A stretch of 52,937 bases of DNA from positions 1 through 52,937 of the forward strand of contig CAYWAD010000001.1 of NCBI GenBank assembly GCA_964456045.1, written 5' to 3'. The stretch is from an uncultured Lachnospiraceae bacterium (GTDB taxonomy: Bacteria; Bacillota; Clostridia; Oscillospirales; CAG-272). Positions 10,308 to 20,377 of this stretch are shown here, piece by piece (position 1 is the stretch's first letter; each line of letters starts with the position of its first letter). Under the pieces are notes generated by a model. That model worked only from the letters and a program-made list of their open reading frames with translations. It had not been told where the DNA came from and searched no databases. Made by a program: the position numbers and the translations under genes.

Positions 10308-10972
10308 GTTTTTTGTTCATTTACGATTTCTTTCAAATCCTTGACCGCTTGGGCGATGTCATGTGCGCCGAACACCGCGCTACCCATAACAATTACGTTT
10401 GCTCCGGCATCGGTCAGTTCAAGTATGTTTTCGCCTCTGATTCCGCCGTCAACCTCGATCTTATAATTATCAAGACCGAGTCTGTTCGTTTCCTCGCGCA
10501 GACGTTTGACTTTTTCGATTGTTTCGGGCATGATTTTTTGCCCTCCGAACCCCGGTTCGACCGTCATAACAAGAATCATATCCGCGTCCTCTATGTACGG
10601 AAAGATTGCCTCAACCGGTGTGGACGGTTTGATCGCAAGCGCAGGATGGGCTCCGCAGCGTCTTATTTTGTCAAGTATAGCTTTGGGATCGCAAGTCCTT
10701 TCAAAGTGTACGGTAAGCATATCCGCTCCGCAGCGGCAAGCTTCCTCGATGTACTTTTCAGGATGTTCTATCATCAAATGTACGTCAAGCGGTGCACTGA
10801 AATGAGAGCTGAGCGACTTTATGATCGGAAAGCCGAAGCTGATGTTCGGGACAAATATTCCGTCCATAACATCAACGTGAATGAAATCGGCGCCGCCTGC
10901 GCGAGCAGCCGCAACCTGATCTCCGAGAAGCGCGAAGTCGCAGGCGAGAATTGACGGTGAAATATAAACCAT
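10292..10972 (-). CDS. rpe: Ribulose-phosphate 3-epimerase
   Basis: ISPSILACDF...HVDVMDG.FVPN...HLM...VMTVEPGFGGQ...VDGG are classic Rpe motifs. Confidence 0.9.
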   Translation of the reverse strand: MVYISPSILACDFALLGDQVAAARAGGADFIHVDVMDGIFVPNISFGFPIIKSLSSHFSAPLDVHLMIEHPEKYIEEACRCGADMLTVHFERTCDPKAILDKIRRCGAHPALAIKPSTPVEAIFPYIEDADMILVMTVEPGFGGQKIMPETIEKVKRLREETNRLGLDNYKIEVDGGIRGENILELTDAGANVIVMGSAVFGAHDIAQAVKDLKEIVNEQKTTEEL

Positions 10973-11204
10973 AAATTACCTCATTTATCTGTTTGAATGA
11001 ATAAATTCGATTTGTCGAGAGGTTTTGCTTGCAGATTTTGCAAAACGGGAGAAAAGCTTTGTCCGTATCGCCATGTCTGTCGGTGACGGGAGCGCGATTT
11101 TTGCCATATTATATATCGGGCCCCCCGAAAATCACGCATACGGCAACGCGAACGGAAGTTAAAAACAAGGACGTGCGATGAAAAAATCGCGTCTCCCGTA
11201 TGCT

Positions 11205-11678
11205 TTATATAGATTCGAGAAGGCAAACCGCGTGCGCCGCCACTCCGAGAAGTTCTCCCGTGAAGCCGAGACCTTCCTCGGTCGTTGCTTTCACATTCAC
11301 ATCATCCACGGAAAGCTCAAATATTTCGGCAAGACTTTTGCGAATATCATTGATGTAAGGCGAAAGCTTCGGCTTTTGAGCGATTACGGTTGAATCAATG
11401 TTGATAATGCGGTAGCCGTTTTCACGCACGAGCCGCAGCACTTCGCGAGCGAGTACAGCGCTGTCGGCGTTAAGAAAAGTATCGTCCGACGGTGGAAAAT
11501 AATAGCCGATGTCGCGAAGCCCTGCGGCTCCGAGAAGCGCATCCATTATCGCATGCAAAAGCACGTCAGCGTCCGAATGTCCGGCAAGACCAGCAAAAGA
11601 GGGAACAGTAACGCCGCCGATGATAAACGGACGGCTCTCATCGTAACGATGAACGTCATAACCGTGACCTATACGCAT
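11205..11678 (-). CDS. ispF: 2-C-methyl-D-erythritol 2,4-cyclodiphosphate synthase
   Basis: MRIGHGYDVHR...GHSDADVLLHAI.DALLGA...D.T.IAQ.PK. 157 aa. Confidence 0.9.
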   Translation of the reverse strand: MRIGHGYDVHRYDESRPFIIGGVTVPSFAGLAGHSDADVLLHAIMDALLGAAGLRDIGYYFPPSDDTFLNADSAVLAREVLRLVRENGYRIINIDSTVIAQKPKLSPYINDIRKSLAEIFELSVDDVNVKATTEEGLGFTGELLGVAAHAVCLLESI

Positions 11679-11680
11679 AA

Positions 11681-12436
11681 TCAGTTCCTTTCGTTTTCGG
11701 AAGCGTTTTTGCGCTTGTTCAGTATAAACTGCGCTCGTTCAATGTCATCCTTGTACGTCAATTTAATGTTGTCTCCGCCGATTTCGACGAGCTTGACCTT
11801 GAAGCCGAGTGTTTCGGCGAGCATACAGTCGTCCGTCGCCTCAAAGCCGTTGTCTCGCGCTGTATATGCGGCGGCGCGATAAAGATCTGCTAAGAAAACT
11901 TGCGGAGTTGAAACCGTATAAACAAAATTTCTATCGATCGTATAGTCGATGTAGCCGTGCTTGTCGGCGTATTTGACCGTGTCCGTGACTTTGTGTGCAG
12001 CTGTAGCCGCTCTTTCGGCAAAAGCCGCACGACAAACAAGCTCAATGTCATTTTCCGTAATGAGACATCTTGCGGCATCATGTATTGCAACATATTTGGC
12101 TGAGGGGTTTATCGCCTCGAAGCCTTTGAGCGCTGATTTTTGACGTGTGTCGCCTCCGGCAACGATGCATTTGAGCTTGTTTACCGGGCCGTATTTAACA
12201 ACGTCGGAAGCGATGGATTCGCGTTCCTCGGACTTTACAACGAGAACGATCTCGTCGATCAGCGGAGAAGCGTCAAACACCTTCAGAGTCCGTATGAAAA
12301 CTGGAATGCCGTCGAGCTTATACGCGACCTTGTTGCCACCGAAGCGCTCGGAGGACCCGGCGCCGAGAACAATCGCGGACACCGTCCCTTTTTTGATATT
12401 AAAAATATTGTTAAAGTTCTTGAATTCGATTTTCAA
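11681..12436 (-). CDS. ispD: 2-C-methyl-D-erythritol 4-phosphate cytidylyltransferase
   Basis: AIVLGAGSSERFG...K motif, VAIHDAARC, immediately upstream of ispF. Confidence 0.85.
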   Translation of the reverse strand: MKIEFKNFNNIFNIKKGTVSAIVLGAGSSERFGGNKVAYKLDGIPVFIRTLKVFDASPLIDEIVLVVKSEERESIASDVVKYGPVNKLKCIVAGGDTRQKSALKGFEAINPSAKYVAIHDAARCLITENDIELVCRAAFAERAATAAHKVTDTVKYADKHGYIDYTIDRNFVYTVSTPQVFLADLYRAAAYTARDNGFEATDDCMLAETLGFKVKLVEIGGDNIKLTYKDDIERAQFILNKRKNASENERN

Positions 12437-12604
12437 TTTAATTTACCGTCCGTTTCATCGGATGTACATCAAAGCCATACATATACATTATAGCACAGTA
12501 AATCACCTTCATCAAGTCGCAGTAAAAAAATATTGTCATTATAGTGACAAAAGAGTTGATTTGTGATAAAATTATTTCAGATTAACTTGTGATCGGAGAT
12601 CAAA

Positions 12605-14041
12605 ATGAATTACATAATCAACGACAGAACACCGAAACCGCTTTATAGATATTTCGAGGACATTTGCCGAATTCCGCACGGTTCGGGAAATGAAAAAGCA
12701 ATCGCAGATATGTTGACGAATTTCGCCGAAGAAAACGGTCTTTCATCATATCGCGACGCAAACAATAACGTGCTTATCGTTCGCCCGGCAACAAATGGTT
12801 ACGAAGCTCATCCGCCCGTTATGATCCAAGGTCATACGGATATGGTGTGTGAGGCTGATGCCGGATGTACGATCGACTTTGAAAAAGATCCGCTCAAGCT
12901 GAAATATGACGGCAAATTCCTCACTGCGGACGGAACAACGCTCGGTGCCGACGACGGCGTTGCCGTCGCGATGATGATGGCGCTTTTGACAGACGCAGAA
13001 CTCAAGGCTCCGAGGCTCGAATGTCTCTTTACAACAGAGGAGGAAACAGGGCTTACCGGCGCGACAACCTTTGATTATTCGAAAATCACCGCGCGCAGAA
13101 TGATAAATCTCGATACCGGCGGTGAGGTTGTAATCGTGTCCTGTGCCGGTGGAATGAGGACGAGAGTTCTCGACTCGTATGAATCCGTATCGACAAAGGG
13201 CGATTTTCTCAAGCTTGAAATCACGGGACTTGCAGGAGGTCATTCAGGTGTTGACATCCATCTCGGCCGCGCGAATTCGAATTTACTTATGCTTGAGCTT
13301 GTCGCCGAGATAAGAAAGCATACGGATGCGTATATAGTTGAAATGTCGGGCGGCAGCAAGGATAATGCCATCCCGTCGAAAACGAAAGCCACCGTGTTCG
13401 TTTCCGATGCGGAACTTGCTCAAAAAATCGCTTCCGATTGGGCTTCTGATGTAAAATCGAGACTTATCGCCGAGGACGGTAGCTTCAAATTTACGTTGGA
13501 AACAGTTTGCAATGGTGAATATTCCGGACCTTCGTCCGAATTTACGTCACGTCTGCTCGCTCTGACGGAAAAGCTTCCCAAAGGCATTATAAAGTACAAT
13601 CACGACATAGGCATGGTAACGACGTCGCTGAATTATGCGATAATCGCCGTAACGCCCGAAAATTTTGAGCTTCATCTCTCGTCTCGCTCGTCCGAATCAA
13701 GCGATCTTGACAAAATAACGGATATTTTGGCTCAAAACGCCGAAAGCTGCGGCTTCAAGACCAAGACAGACTCTCGTTACGAAGGCTGGGCATACGACGA
13801 AAAATCGCCCATACGAGACGAATATGTCCGTGCGTATAAAGATGTAACCGGTAAAGACATCCCGGTCATGGGAATTCATGCCGGTCTCGAATGCGGCATC
13901 ATCAAGCTTGCCGTTCCTGATATGGACATTATCGCAACAGGCGCAATAACGATCGGTGAGCATACACCGAAAGAGGCGCTCGACCTTGATTCGTTTGGCA
14001 GAGTTTACAGAATCGTAAGGCTGCTTTGCGAAAGGCTGTAA
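12605..14041 (+). CDS. pepD: Aminoacyl-histidine (Xaa-His) dipeptidase, M20 family
   Basis: F..I..IPHGSGNE, QGHTDMV, GADDGV, EEETGL. 478 aa, PepD-like length. Confidence 0.8.
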   Translation: MNYIINDRTPKPLYRYFEDICRIPHGSGNEKAIADMLTNFAEENGLSSYRDANNNVLIVRPATNGYEAHPPVMIQGHTDMVCEADAGCTIDFEKDPLKLKYDGKFLTADGTTLGADDGVAVAMMMALLTDAELKAPRLECLFTTEEETGLTGATTFDYSKITARRMINLDTGGEVVIVSCAGGMRTRVLDSYESVSTKGDFLKLEITGLAGGHSGVDIHLGRANSNLLMLELVAEIRKHTDAYIVEMSGGSKDNAIPSKTKATVFVSDAELAQKIASDWASDVKSRLIAEDGSFKFTLETVCNGEYSGPSSEFTSRLLALTEKLPKGIIKYNHDIGMVTTSLNYAIIAVTPENFELHLSSRSSESSDLDKITDILAQNAESCGFKTKTDSRYEGWAYDEKSPIRDEYVRAYKDVTGKDIPVMGIHAGLECGIIKLAVPDMDIIATGAITIGEHTPKEALDLDSFGRVYRIVRLLCERL

Positions 14042-14053
14042 TTTTGATTAATC

Positions 14054-14087
14054 AAAAAAGGAACTTGCGAATGCAGGTTCCTTTTTT
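14054..14087. terminator. Bidirectional intrinsic terminator
   Basis: ggaacttgc/gcaggttcc stem with A-run and T-run flanks, between convergent genes. Confidence 0.55.
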
Positions 14088-14102
14088 ATGTTGTTGCTTG
14101 TT

Positions 14103-14738
14103 TTACGGCTCAAAAAGCGAGTATCCGTTCTTGATTCTGCTTGAAAATATCATATTGTGTCCGGTTAAAAGACGCGCCTTTTTATTGATCACGGAGATGT
14201 AAGCCGAGATGGATTTCAAGCTTAAATGTACGTATCCTGCGATCGCTTTCGGCGATATGAATTCGTCGTCAAACGATGCAAGAATATGTACGATTTGCGA
14301 TTCATTGTCGGAAAGAAGGATGCGCGTGCCGCGAAAGTAAATGAAGGGTGTATCGGAGAAGTCCGATACCACGGAAGATCGTTCTGCAAATGTAAAATTT
14401 CGGCGCGTCAGCTTTGAAATCGAACCGCTTACACAGTCGTCTTTATTGCCGACCGTGTAATACAGACGAAAGTCTATATCGGCGCCTGTATAACAACTTG
14501 CATCACCGACAGAAACCGTTCTGACTCCGGTCATCTTTGCTTTGGCGTTCCATAAAATGGCATACGCCTTCGACGAATATTTTTTGGACATCACAACTAT
14601 AACATCGGGTGACTCTTTAAGCTTTATCGCTTGATCAAAAGTCATTATTTCGGTAAAAATACCGCGCATACGCAGACTTTTGTTAAGTTTGAAAGCTTCT
14701 TTTTCGGACGCAGCCGTAATAATTATGCGCGGATACAT
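14103..14738 (-). CDS. Atypical regulator with a degenerate receiver-like N-terminus and an OmpR/PhoB-type winged-helix C-terminus
   Basis: The C-terminus reads LSDNESQIVHILAS...ISPKAIAGYV...SISAYISVINKKARLL...IFSSRIKNGYSL (trans_reg_C-like). The N-terminus is IIITAA instead of the acidic DD pocket. Confidence 0.5.
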   Translation of the reverse strand: MYPRIIITAASEKEAFKLNKSLRMRGIFTEIMTFDQAIKLKESPDVIVVMSKKYSSKAYAILWNAKAKMTGVRTVSVGDASCYTGADIDFRLYYTVGNKDDCVSGSISKLTRRNFTFAERSSVVSDFSDTPFIYFRGTRILLSDNESQIVHILASFDDEFISPKAIAGYVHLSLKSISAYISVINKKARLLTGHNMIFSSRIKNGYSLFEP

Positions 14739-16033
14739 CAGTTTTTACCGCCCGATTTGCGTTCGGAAAGCATTATCGCGGAGATAATTTTCGCGACTGT
14801 TAACCTGTTTCTCACGTACGGAGAGAACATCAGTGACTTAATGATAAAATCATCATCACAGGGGAGCGAAAGCTCTGCGACAGTCGTAGGAGCACCGCAC
14901 GAGGCGAGCAAAACCTTGACTTTTTCCGCAGACGGGAGTTGACACGTCAGTTTTTTTAATTCATCCAAGTCACTTATTTTGCAACTGACTAATTTTGCAA
15001 TTGCAGAAGACTCAAAGCGGTTCGACGGTAAATTTTCTTTCAAGATGCCATCCGTAAGTTTTCCGTATATTTTGCGTATTGCTTTTTCGTCGAACACTGC
15101 GGAAAAATCAATGCTTTCGATTCTATCGAGCAAATTAATGTTGTTTTTCACGAAATCAAGCGCGAGGATCGTTCCGACGCCTACTTTTTCGCCGTGAAGC
15201 GCGTCGATTTCCTCATTTATGACGTGCATTTCCCAAAAATGTGATATGTGATGCTCGGATCCCGAAGCGGGACGCGAGCTTCCCTGAAGCTGCATCGCAA
15301 CGCCGGAAAGAATCAGTGCATTCATAACTTTTTCGGCAAAATCGCGACTCCCGGCGTGATTTTCGGCAGCATCGACCACGACGTCGAGTGCCTCTTTTGT
15401 AAGCTTGTAAATTTCCGGGCAAAGCTCCTCGCCGCACAAAAGTTTTGACGCGTTCCAGTCATAGAGCGCGGTAATTTTGCCTATAACGTCACCGACGCCG
15501 GACGCGGTAAGTCTGTTCGGAGCCGATGAATAAACGTCCGGATCGGCAAAAAGCGCGATTGGTGCACTCGACGGATATGTAAGCTTTTGACCGTACATCG
15601 TCATAGCCGCGACGGACGAAACAAAGCCGTCAACACTCGCCGCCGTGGGGTACGACACAAATGGAATTTCAGCTTCGTGCGCACAAAAACGAGTTATGTC
15701 GTGAACAGAGCCCGAACCGCACGCAACAAAAATCGACGGCAATTTTTCTTTTGCTCGGATGTGTTCAGTCAGCTTTCCTGTGTAAATTTCGTTCGCGTGA
15801 GCACTTTTCGATAAGACATACATTTCGCAATTCAGCGAATTTGCAATCGGACGCGCGTATTTTTCGGTGTTTTCGTCACACACGACAAACGCAGATGACG
15901 TTTGAGACGTATATGCCGAGACATATTCGATGAGCTTTTGCGTTGCACCCGCCTCGGAAACGATAATCTCCGTTAAAAGTGCGTGCTTCTTACCGCACGA
16001 GCAGTGATTTGAAATTTTGCCGAAATCCTTCAT
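14738..16033 (-). CDS. Iron-containing alcohol dehydrogenase superfamily protein, sn-glycerol-1-phosphate dehydrogenase (AraM/EgsA)-like
   Basis: GSGSVHDITRF nucleotide-binding loop and SGSEHHISHFWEM metal-ligand motif. ATG 16033 is preceded by GGAG. The stop overlaps the downstream start (TGATG). Confidence 0.6.
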   Translation of the reverse strand: MKDFGKISNHCSCGKKHALLTEIIVSEAGATQKLIEYVSAYTSQTSSAFVVCDENTEKYARPIANSLNCEMYVLSKSAHANEIYTGKLTEHIRAKEKLPSIFVACGSGSVHDITRFCAHEAEIPFVSYPTAASVDGFVSSVAAMTMYGQKLTYPSSAPIALFADPDVYSSAPNRLTASGVGDVIGKITALYDWNASKLLCGEELCPEIYKLTKEALDVVVDAAENHAGSRDFAEKVMNALILSGVAMQLQGSSRPASGSEHHISHFWEMHVINEEIDALHGEKVGVGTILALDFVKNNINLLDRIESIDFSAVFDEKAIRKIYGKLTDGILKENLPSNRFESSAIAKLVSCKISDLDELKKLTCQLPSAEKVKVLLASCGAPTTVAELSLPCDDDFIIKSLMFSPYVRNRLTVAKIISAIMLSERKSGGKN

Positions 16034-16139
16034 AAAAATCTCCGTTTTCAAATAATTTTCAGCATTTTGCAGTCATATCTCGCCACTACGGCAAATAAAA
16101 TTAAACAGTAACAAAACTGTGCCGAGGAGGGAAACTTTA

Positions 16140-16652
16140 ATGTTTGTATGTGCCGTACATGGAAACACCTTGAAATTTTTCGGTATCATAGGGATCGCGG
16201 TTCTTACGCTTGTAATCCTAATCACCATGATGCCGAAGGAAATAAAAGCCGAAGAAAACAGCGAAAATGCCGCCATAACCGAAGCTTCTCCGAGCGAGAA
16301 TGTACTTTCGTTCAATTTCGAAAAGATCAAAACCAACGACGAAAGGGTCGCACTGATAGAAAGCTACGGCTGGAAAGTCGAGGAAACACCGGTCGATGAA
16401 GCCGAGGTGACTATTCCGGCTGAATTTGACAGGGTAATGGAAAATTACAACGCGCTTCAAAAATCTCAGGGTTTCGATCTTTCTAAATACAAAAACCGCG
16501 ATATGATGCGTTACACATACAGAGTGACCAACTATCCGGATTACGAGGGGACGGTCTACATAAACCTGCTCGTTTACAAAAACAGAGTCGTAGCCGGAGA
16601 CATATGCTCGTCCGACGTAAACGGATTTATACTCGGTCTTTCCGGAAAATGA
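16140..16652 (+). CDS. DUF4830-like membrane-anchored protein
   Basis: N-terminal TM, then YGW.V...P....V.IP..FD.V...YN.LQ...GFDLS.YK......Y.V.NYP. GAGGAGGG RBS before ATG 16140. Confidence 0.6.
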   Translation: MFVCAVHGNTLKFFGIIGIAVLTLVILITMMPKEIKAEENSENAAITEASPSENVLSFNFEKIKTNDERVALIESYGWKVEETPVDEAEVTIPAEFDRVMENYNALQKSQGFDLSKYKNRDMMRYTYRVTNYPDYEGTVYINLLVYKNRVVAGDICSSDVNGFILGLSGK

Positions 16653-16740
16653 TCTTCACAAGAATTATACCTCCAAAAACGATTAAAATCAACAATTTGC
16701 GCTTGGGTAATTGAAATAACCGAAAAAATATAGTATACTG

Positions 16741-16769
16741 ATATGCGGGTTTTTCCCGCATATTTTTTG
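16741..16769 (+). terminator. Intrinsic terminator hairpin
   Basis: atatgcggg-ttttt-cccgcatat followed by a T6 run. Confidence 0.5.
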
Positions 16770-16782
16770 TTTAAGAGGTTTT

Positions 16783-17928
16783 ATGAGATATAGATATGTT
16801 GCAACCTGTCTTTTCGGGCTTGAGCATTCTCTCGGTGCGGAAATAGACGCTCTCGGCTATAAAAGAACGGAAACGATTGACGGCAGAGTTTATTTTGAAG
16901 GCGACAAAACCGCCGTTGCGCGCGTGAACATTAACTCGCGTTACGCCGAGCGAGTCCTTTTCAATCTCGGCTCATTTTCGGCGTACACATTTACCGATCT
17001 TTTCGAAGGCACAAAATCGCTTCCGTGGGAGAATTTTATCGGTAAGAACGATCGCTTTCCGGTCAAGGGACACAGCATAAAAAGCGTGCTTTATTCTGTT
17101 CCGGACTGCCAAAAAATCATCAACAAAGCTGTCGCGGACAGGCTTATGTCGGCGCACAAAACGACGGTGCTTCCCGAAACGGGAACGCTTTACCAAATTG
17201 AATTTTTCATTTTCAAGGACAGAGCCGATCTTATGATCGATACGTCCGGAGCGACGCTTCATAAGCGCGGATACCGCCCCGAATCCAACGATGCTCCGCT
17301 CAGAGAAACCTTGGCAGCAGAGCTTGTAAATATTTCGCGCCCGCGCGAGGATGTGTTATTTTGGGATCCGATGTGCGGATCGGGCACTATCGCAATCGAG
17401 GCGGCAATGCGTATGCAAAACAGAGCACCCGGACTGAAAAGAAGATTCGCCGCAGAACGCTTCCCGTTTATCGAGAAAAAAGTATGGAACGAGGCGCGCA
17501 CGGAGGCCAACGACAACATCATCAAAACCTCGTTTGAGGTTTACGCCTCCGACATTGACGAAAACTGCGTCGAACTCACAAAAGCGAACGCTTTCCGCGC
17601 CGGAGTTGCCGACAACATAAAGATTTTCAAGCGTAACGCACTCGAAATTCAAACCAACGGCAGACGCGGCACCATCGTTTGCAACCCTCCGTACGGTGAA
17701 AGAATGATGACAACTGCCGATGCGGAAGAACTTTACCGCAAGATGGGAGAGCATTTCAGAACACTCGATTCTTGGCAAATATACATCATCACCTCACACG
17801 AACAATTTTCGCGTTTTTACGGCATGCGCCCCGACAAGGTGAAAAAGCTCTATAACGGTATGATCCCGTGCTATTACAATCAATTCTTCAAAAGAAAAGA
17901 TAAAGACATAAAATTCAAAAATAAATAA
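16783..17928 (+). CDS. THUMP-domain class I SAM-dependent RNA methyltransferase (RlmL/YpsC-like)
   Basis: THUMP-like N-terminus, DPMCGSGTI SAM motif, NPPYGER catalytic motif. Confidence 0.8.
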   Translation: MRYRYVATCLFGLEHSLGAEIDALGYKRTETIDGRVYFEGDKTAVARVNINSRYAERVLFNLGSFSAYTFTDLFEGTKSLPWENFIGKNDRFPVKGHSIKSVLYSVPDCQKIINKAVADRLMSAHKTTVLPETGTLYQIEFFIFKDRADLMIDTSGATLHKRGYRPESNDAPLRETLAAELVNISRPREDVLFWDPMCGSGTIAIEAAMRMQNRAPGLKRRFAAERFPFIEKKVWNEARTEANDNIIKTSFEVYASDIDENCVELTKANAFRAGVADNIKIFKRNALEIQTNGRRGTIVCNPPYGERMMTTADAEELYRKMGEHFRTLDSWQIYIITSHEQFSRFYGMRPDKVKKLYNGMIPCYYNQFFKRKDKDIKFKNK

Positions 17929-17940
17929 TTTGCCTAACGC

Positions 17941-17974
17941 AAAATACACCTCGGACGTGCCGAGGTGTATTTTT
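17941..17974. terminator. Bidirectional intrinsic terminator
   Basis: atacacctcgg-acgtg-ccgaggtgtat with A/T-run flanks. Confidence 0.6.
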
Positions 17975-19379
17975 ACTTTTTCGTCCGCAATAAAAGGTGT
18001 TTCAACGCTTTTTTGTCTAACGGCATGAGCGGATAAAGATAACTCCCCTCGCACACGCTTCGAAGCCGACACACAAGAACGATTATAACGCAGATTCCCA
18101 CGGCAAATCCCCAAATTCCGAAAAGCGCCGTCAAAAAGAGAATCAACATCCTGAAATATTTGAACGCATACCCCAGCTCGTAATTTGACTGCGTAAAATT
18201 TGCTATCGAGGTGAACGCCATATAAAAAATGACTTCCGGGATCACCCAGCCGGACTGAACGGCAAAATCTCCGAGCAAAAGTCCGCCGATTATGGAAAGT
18301 GAATTTGACATTGTGGATGGCGTTGTCAAGGACGCGAGCTTCAAAGCGTCAAGTGCAAGCTCGGTCAGGAAAAGCTGAACAATTATCGGTAGCTCTCCTG
18401 TTTCCGTCGGTATCAAAAATAAAAGTGACGACGGTAAAAACTCGGAATACATCAGCGAAAGATACCATACAGGCGTGATGAAGATCGTCGAAATGAAAAT
18501 CAAGTTTCGCATGATTCGCAGATACGAGCCGGTCAGCGGCGGAAAATAATAATCGTTCGTCTCCTGCAAAAAATCGAATATCGAGGTCGGCAAAAGCAAG
18601 GCTTCGGGTGAGGTATCGCACAGAACCGCAACGCCGCCTTCCAATATATGCGCCGATGTTGCGTCCGGACGTTCCGTAACGCGTACCTTCGGGAGCGGAT
18701 TGTACCATTGCTTCTTGAGCAAAGCCTCCGTGAGTGACTGATGTCCCAACGGAAGCGCGTCTGTTTCGATTGCTTCGATCGACGAAACGATCTTTTGCAC
18801 GATTTTTTCGTCCGCGACTCCCTCTATATAAGCGATGACTACATCCGTGCGTGATTTTTTGCCGACTGTGCAGTATTTCATCGTCAAATTTACGTCTCGT
18901 ATGCGGCGACGAATGAGCGCAGTGTTGAAAATAAGAGTCTCCACGAATCCGTCACGCGCACCTCGCATAACTCTATCGTTTTCCGGGTCTTGAGTGTCCC
19001 TTGATGGGTAAGTACGCATGTCTATTACAGTTGCTTCGCCGTTAAAACCGTCCGAAATCATAACAACGCAGCCGCCCAAAAGGGAAGTGATGAGCTTTTC
19101 GGAATCCGTCGTCACCTCAACTTCAACATCCGGAAGGTTTGATTCCTTGAATCGCTCCGCGGCACCGATTTTTCCGTCACCGAAATTGTTTGTTCCGGCA
19201 AAATACATCAAAAGCTTTTGCAAATCTCCGCCTTTGATCAGCCCGTCAATATAATATAAAGTTGCCGAATGCGAATTTACGGACAGCTTTCGTTCAATTA
19301 TGTCAAAATTTTCACCGATGCGCAAGGTTTCCTCGAATGAACGCAAAGTTTCCGCGTAATCCTTTGTTATGTTCAGCAC
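17973..19379 (-). CDS. GerA-family spore germination protein / SpoVAF-like
   Basis: GerA-family N-terminal soluble domain plus about 5 C-terminal TM helices. The start is set at GTG 19379, 6 nt after GGAGG. No adjacent GerB/GerC partners. Confidence 0.7.
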   Translation of the reverse strand: MLNITKDYAETLRSFEETLRIGENFDIIERKLSVNSHSATLYYIDGLIKGGDLQKLLMYFAGTNNFGDGKIGAAERFKESNLPDVEVEVTTDSEKLITSLLGGCVVMISDGFNGEATVIDMRTYPSRDTQDPENDRVMRGARDGFVETLIFNTALIRRRIRDVNLTMKYCTVGKKSRTDVVIAYIEGVADEKIVQKIVSSIEAIETDALPLGHQSLTEALLKKQWYNPLPKVRVTERPDATSAHILEGGVAVLCDTSPEALLLPTSIFDFLQETNDYYFPPLTGSYLRIMRNLIFISTIFITPVWYLSLMYSEFLPSSLLFLIPTETGELPIIVQLFLTELALDALKLASLTTPSTMSNSLSIIGGLLLGDFAVQSGWVIPEVIFYMAFTSIANFTQSNYELGYAFKYFRMLILFLTALFGIWGFAVGICVIIVLVCRLRSVCEGSYLYPLMPLDKKALKHLLLRTKK

Positions 19380-19536
19380 AAAATGCCTCCAAGCCAAACG
19401 TTTTTTTATAGTTTGACCGCATCGCCGAGGCTTTATCCGCAAACGAAAACATTGTTTACAAATTTTCTATTGAAATTGAATAAAAAATGCTTTATAATGT
19501 TGTTTCGTAACTACAAAACTAAGGAGACTGATTTTC

Positions 19537-19851
19537 ATGGCATTTCTTGAAACAACCACAACCAACACCGGCTCCGGTTGGTATTCGATCATTATGCTTG
19601 TCATTATGCTCGTTGTGTTCTATTTCTTCCTCATCAGACCTCAGAAAAAGCAGGAAAAAGAAACAAACGAGATGAGAAACAATCTTCAGGTCGGCGATGA
19701 AATAACAACCATCGGCGGCATCATCGGCAAGATTGTCAGCATAAAAGAAGAAACCGTTATGATCGAAACGGGTAAAGAAAAAACAAAGATCCGTATTCTT
19801 CGCTCCGCAGTAAGATGCGTTGACGTAAGAGCAGAGGACACTGAACAGTAA
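19537..19851 (+). CDS. yajC: Preprotein translocase subunit YajC
   Basis: Single TM, then RPQKK...GD.I.T.GGI.G.I motif. AAGGAG RBS. Confidence 0.85.
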   Translation: MAFLETTTTNTGSGWYSIIMLVIMLVVFYFFLIRPQKKQEKETNEMRNNLQVGDEITTIGGIIGKIVSIKEETVMIETGKEKTKIRILRSAVRCVDVRAEDTEQ

Positions 19852-19915
19852 GTCCGTCATAAAACGGTTTCACCCCGAATACTATGAAATAAAAAGTATT
19901 CGGGGTGAATTTACA

Positions 19916-20350
19916 ATGAAAAACGAAGATTTCGGAAAATGTTTCGCGGATGCAGGTGTTTCCGCGCTGATTTCTGTGGGAATTGCGGTGATTTTGACTT
20001 TCATTCTCGGCGCCGTCGCTTATTCGGCAGACGATCCCGGTAAGCTTACGGTGCCGCTGTCCGTTTTTATCGTCGCTGTGGCTTTTGTTGCGGCAGGAAT
20101 CATCGGTGCCGTTCGCGGAAACGGATTTTTGACCGGCTTTGTCGCCGGAGCCTTGCTTTTCGTTTTGCTTTTTCTGATTTCGCTCTTTTTTAACGGAGAA
20201 AACGCCGTGACACCGTATTCCGCAATGCCGTATTCGCTTGCGTTTTACTTGTCAGAGCTTGTGCTCTCTGCGGTAGGAGCGTTTTTCGTCTCGTCAAGGC
20301 AAAGAAAAAAACATTCAGCACCTCGTGTGCCGAAAATAAAACATAAATGA
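19916..20350 (+). CDS. Small polytopic membrane protein (TIGR04086/YrzE-like position after yajC)
   Basis: 144 aa, 4 hydrophobic helices, basic C-terminal tail. Confidence 0.6.
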   Translation: MKNEDFGKCFADAGVSALISVGIAVILTFILGAVAYSADDPGKLTVPLSVFIVAVAFVAAGIIGAVRGNGFLTGFVAGALLFVLLFLISLFFNGENAVTPYSAMPYSLAFYLSELVLSAVGAFFVSSRQRKKHSAPRVPKIKHK

Positions 20351-20377
20351 TCCGTATGTTCGGAAACCGGAGGAAGT

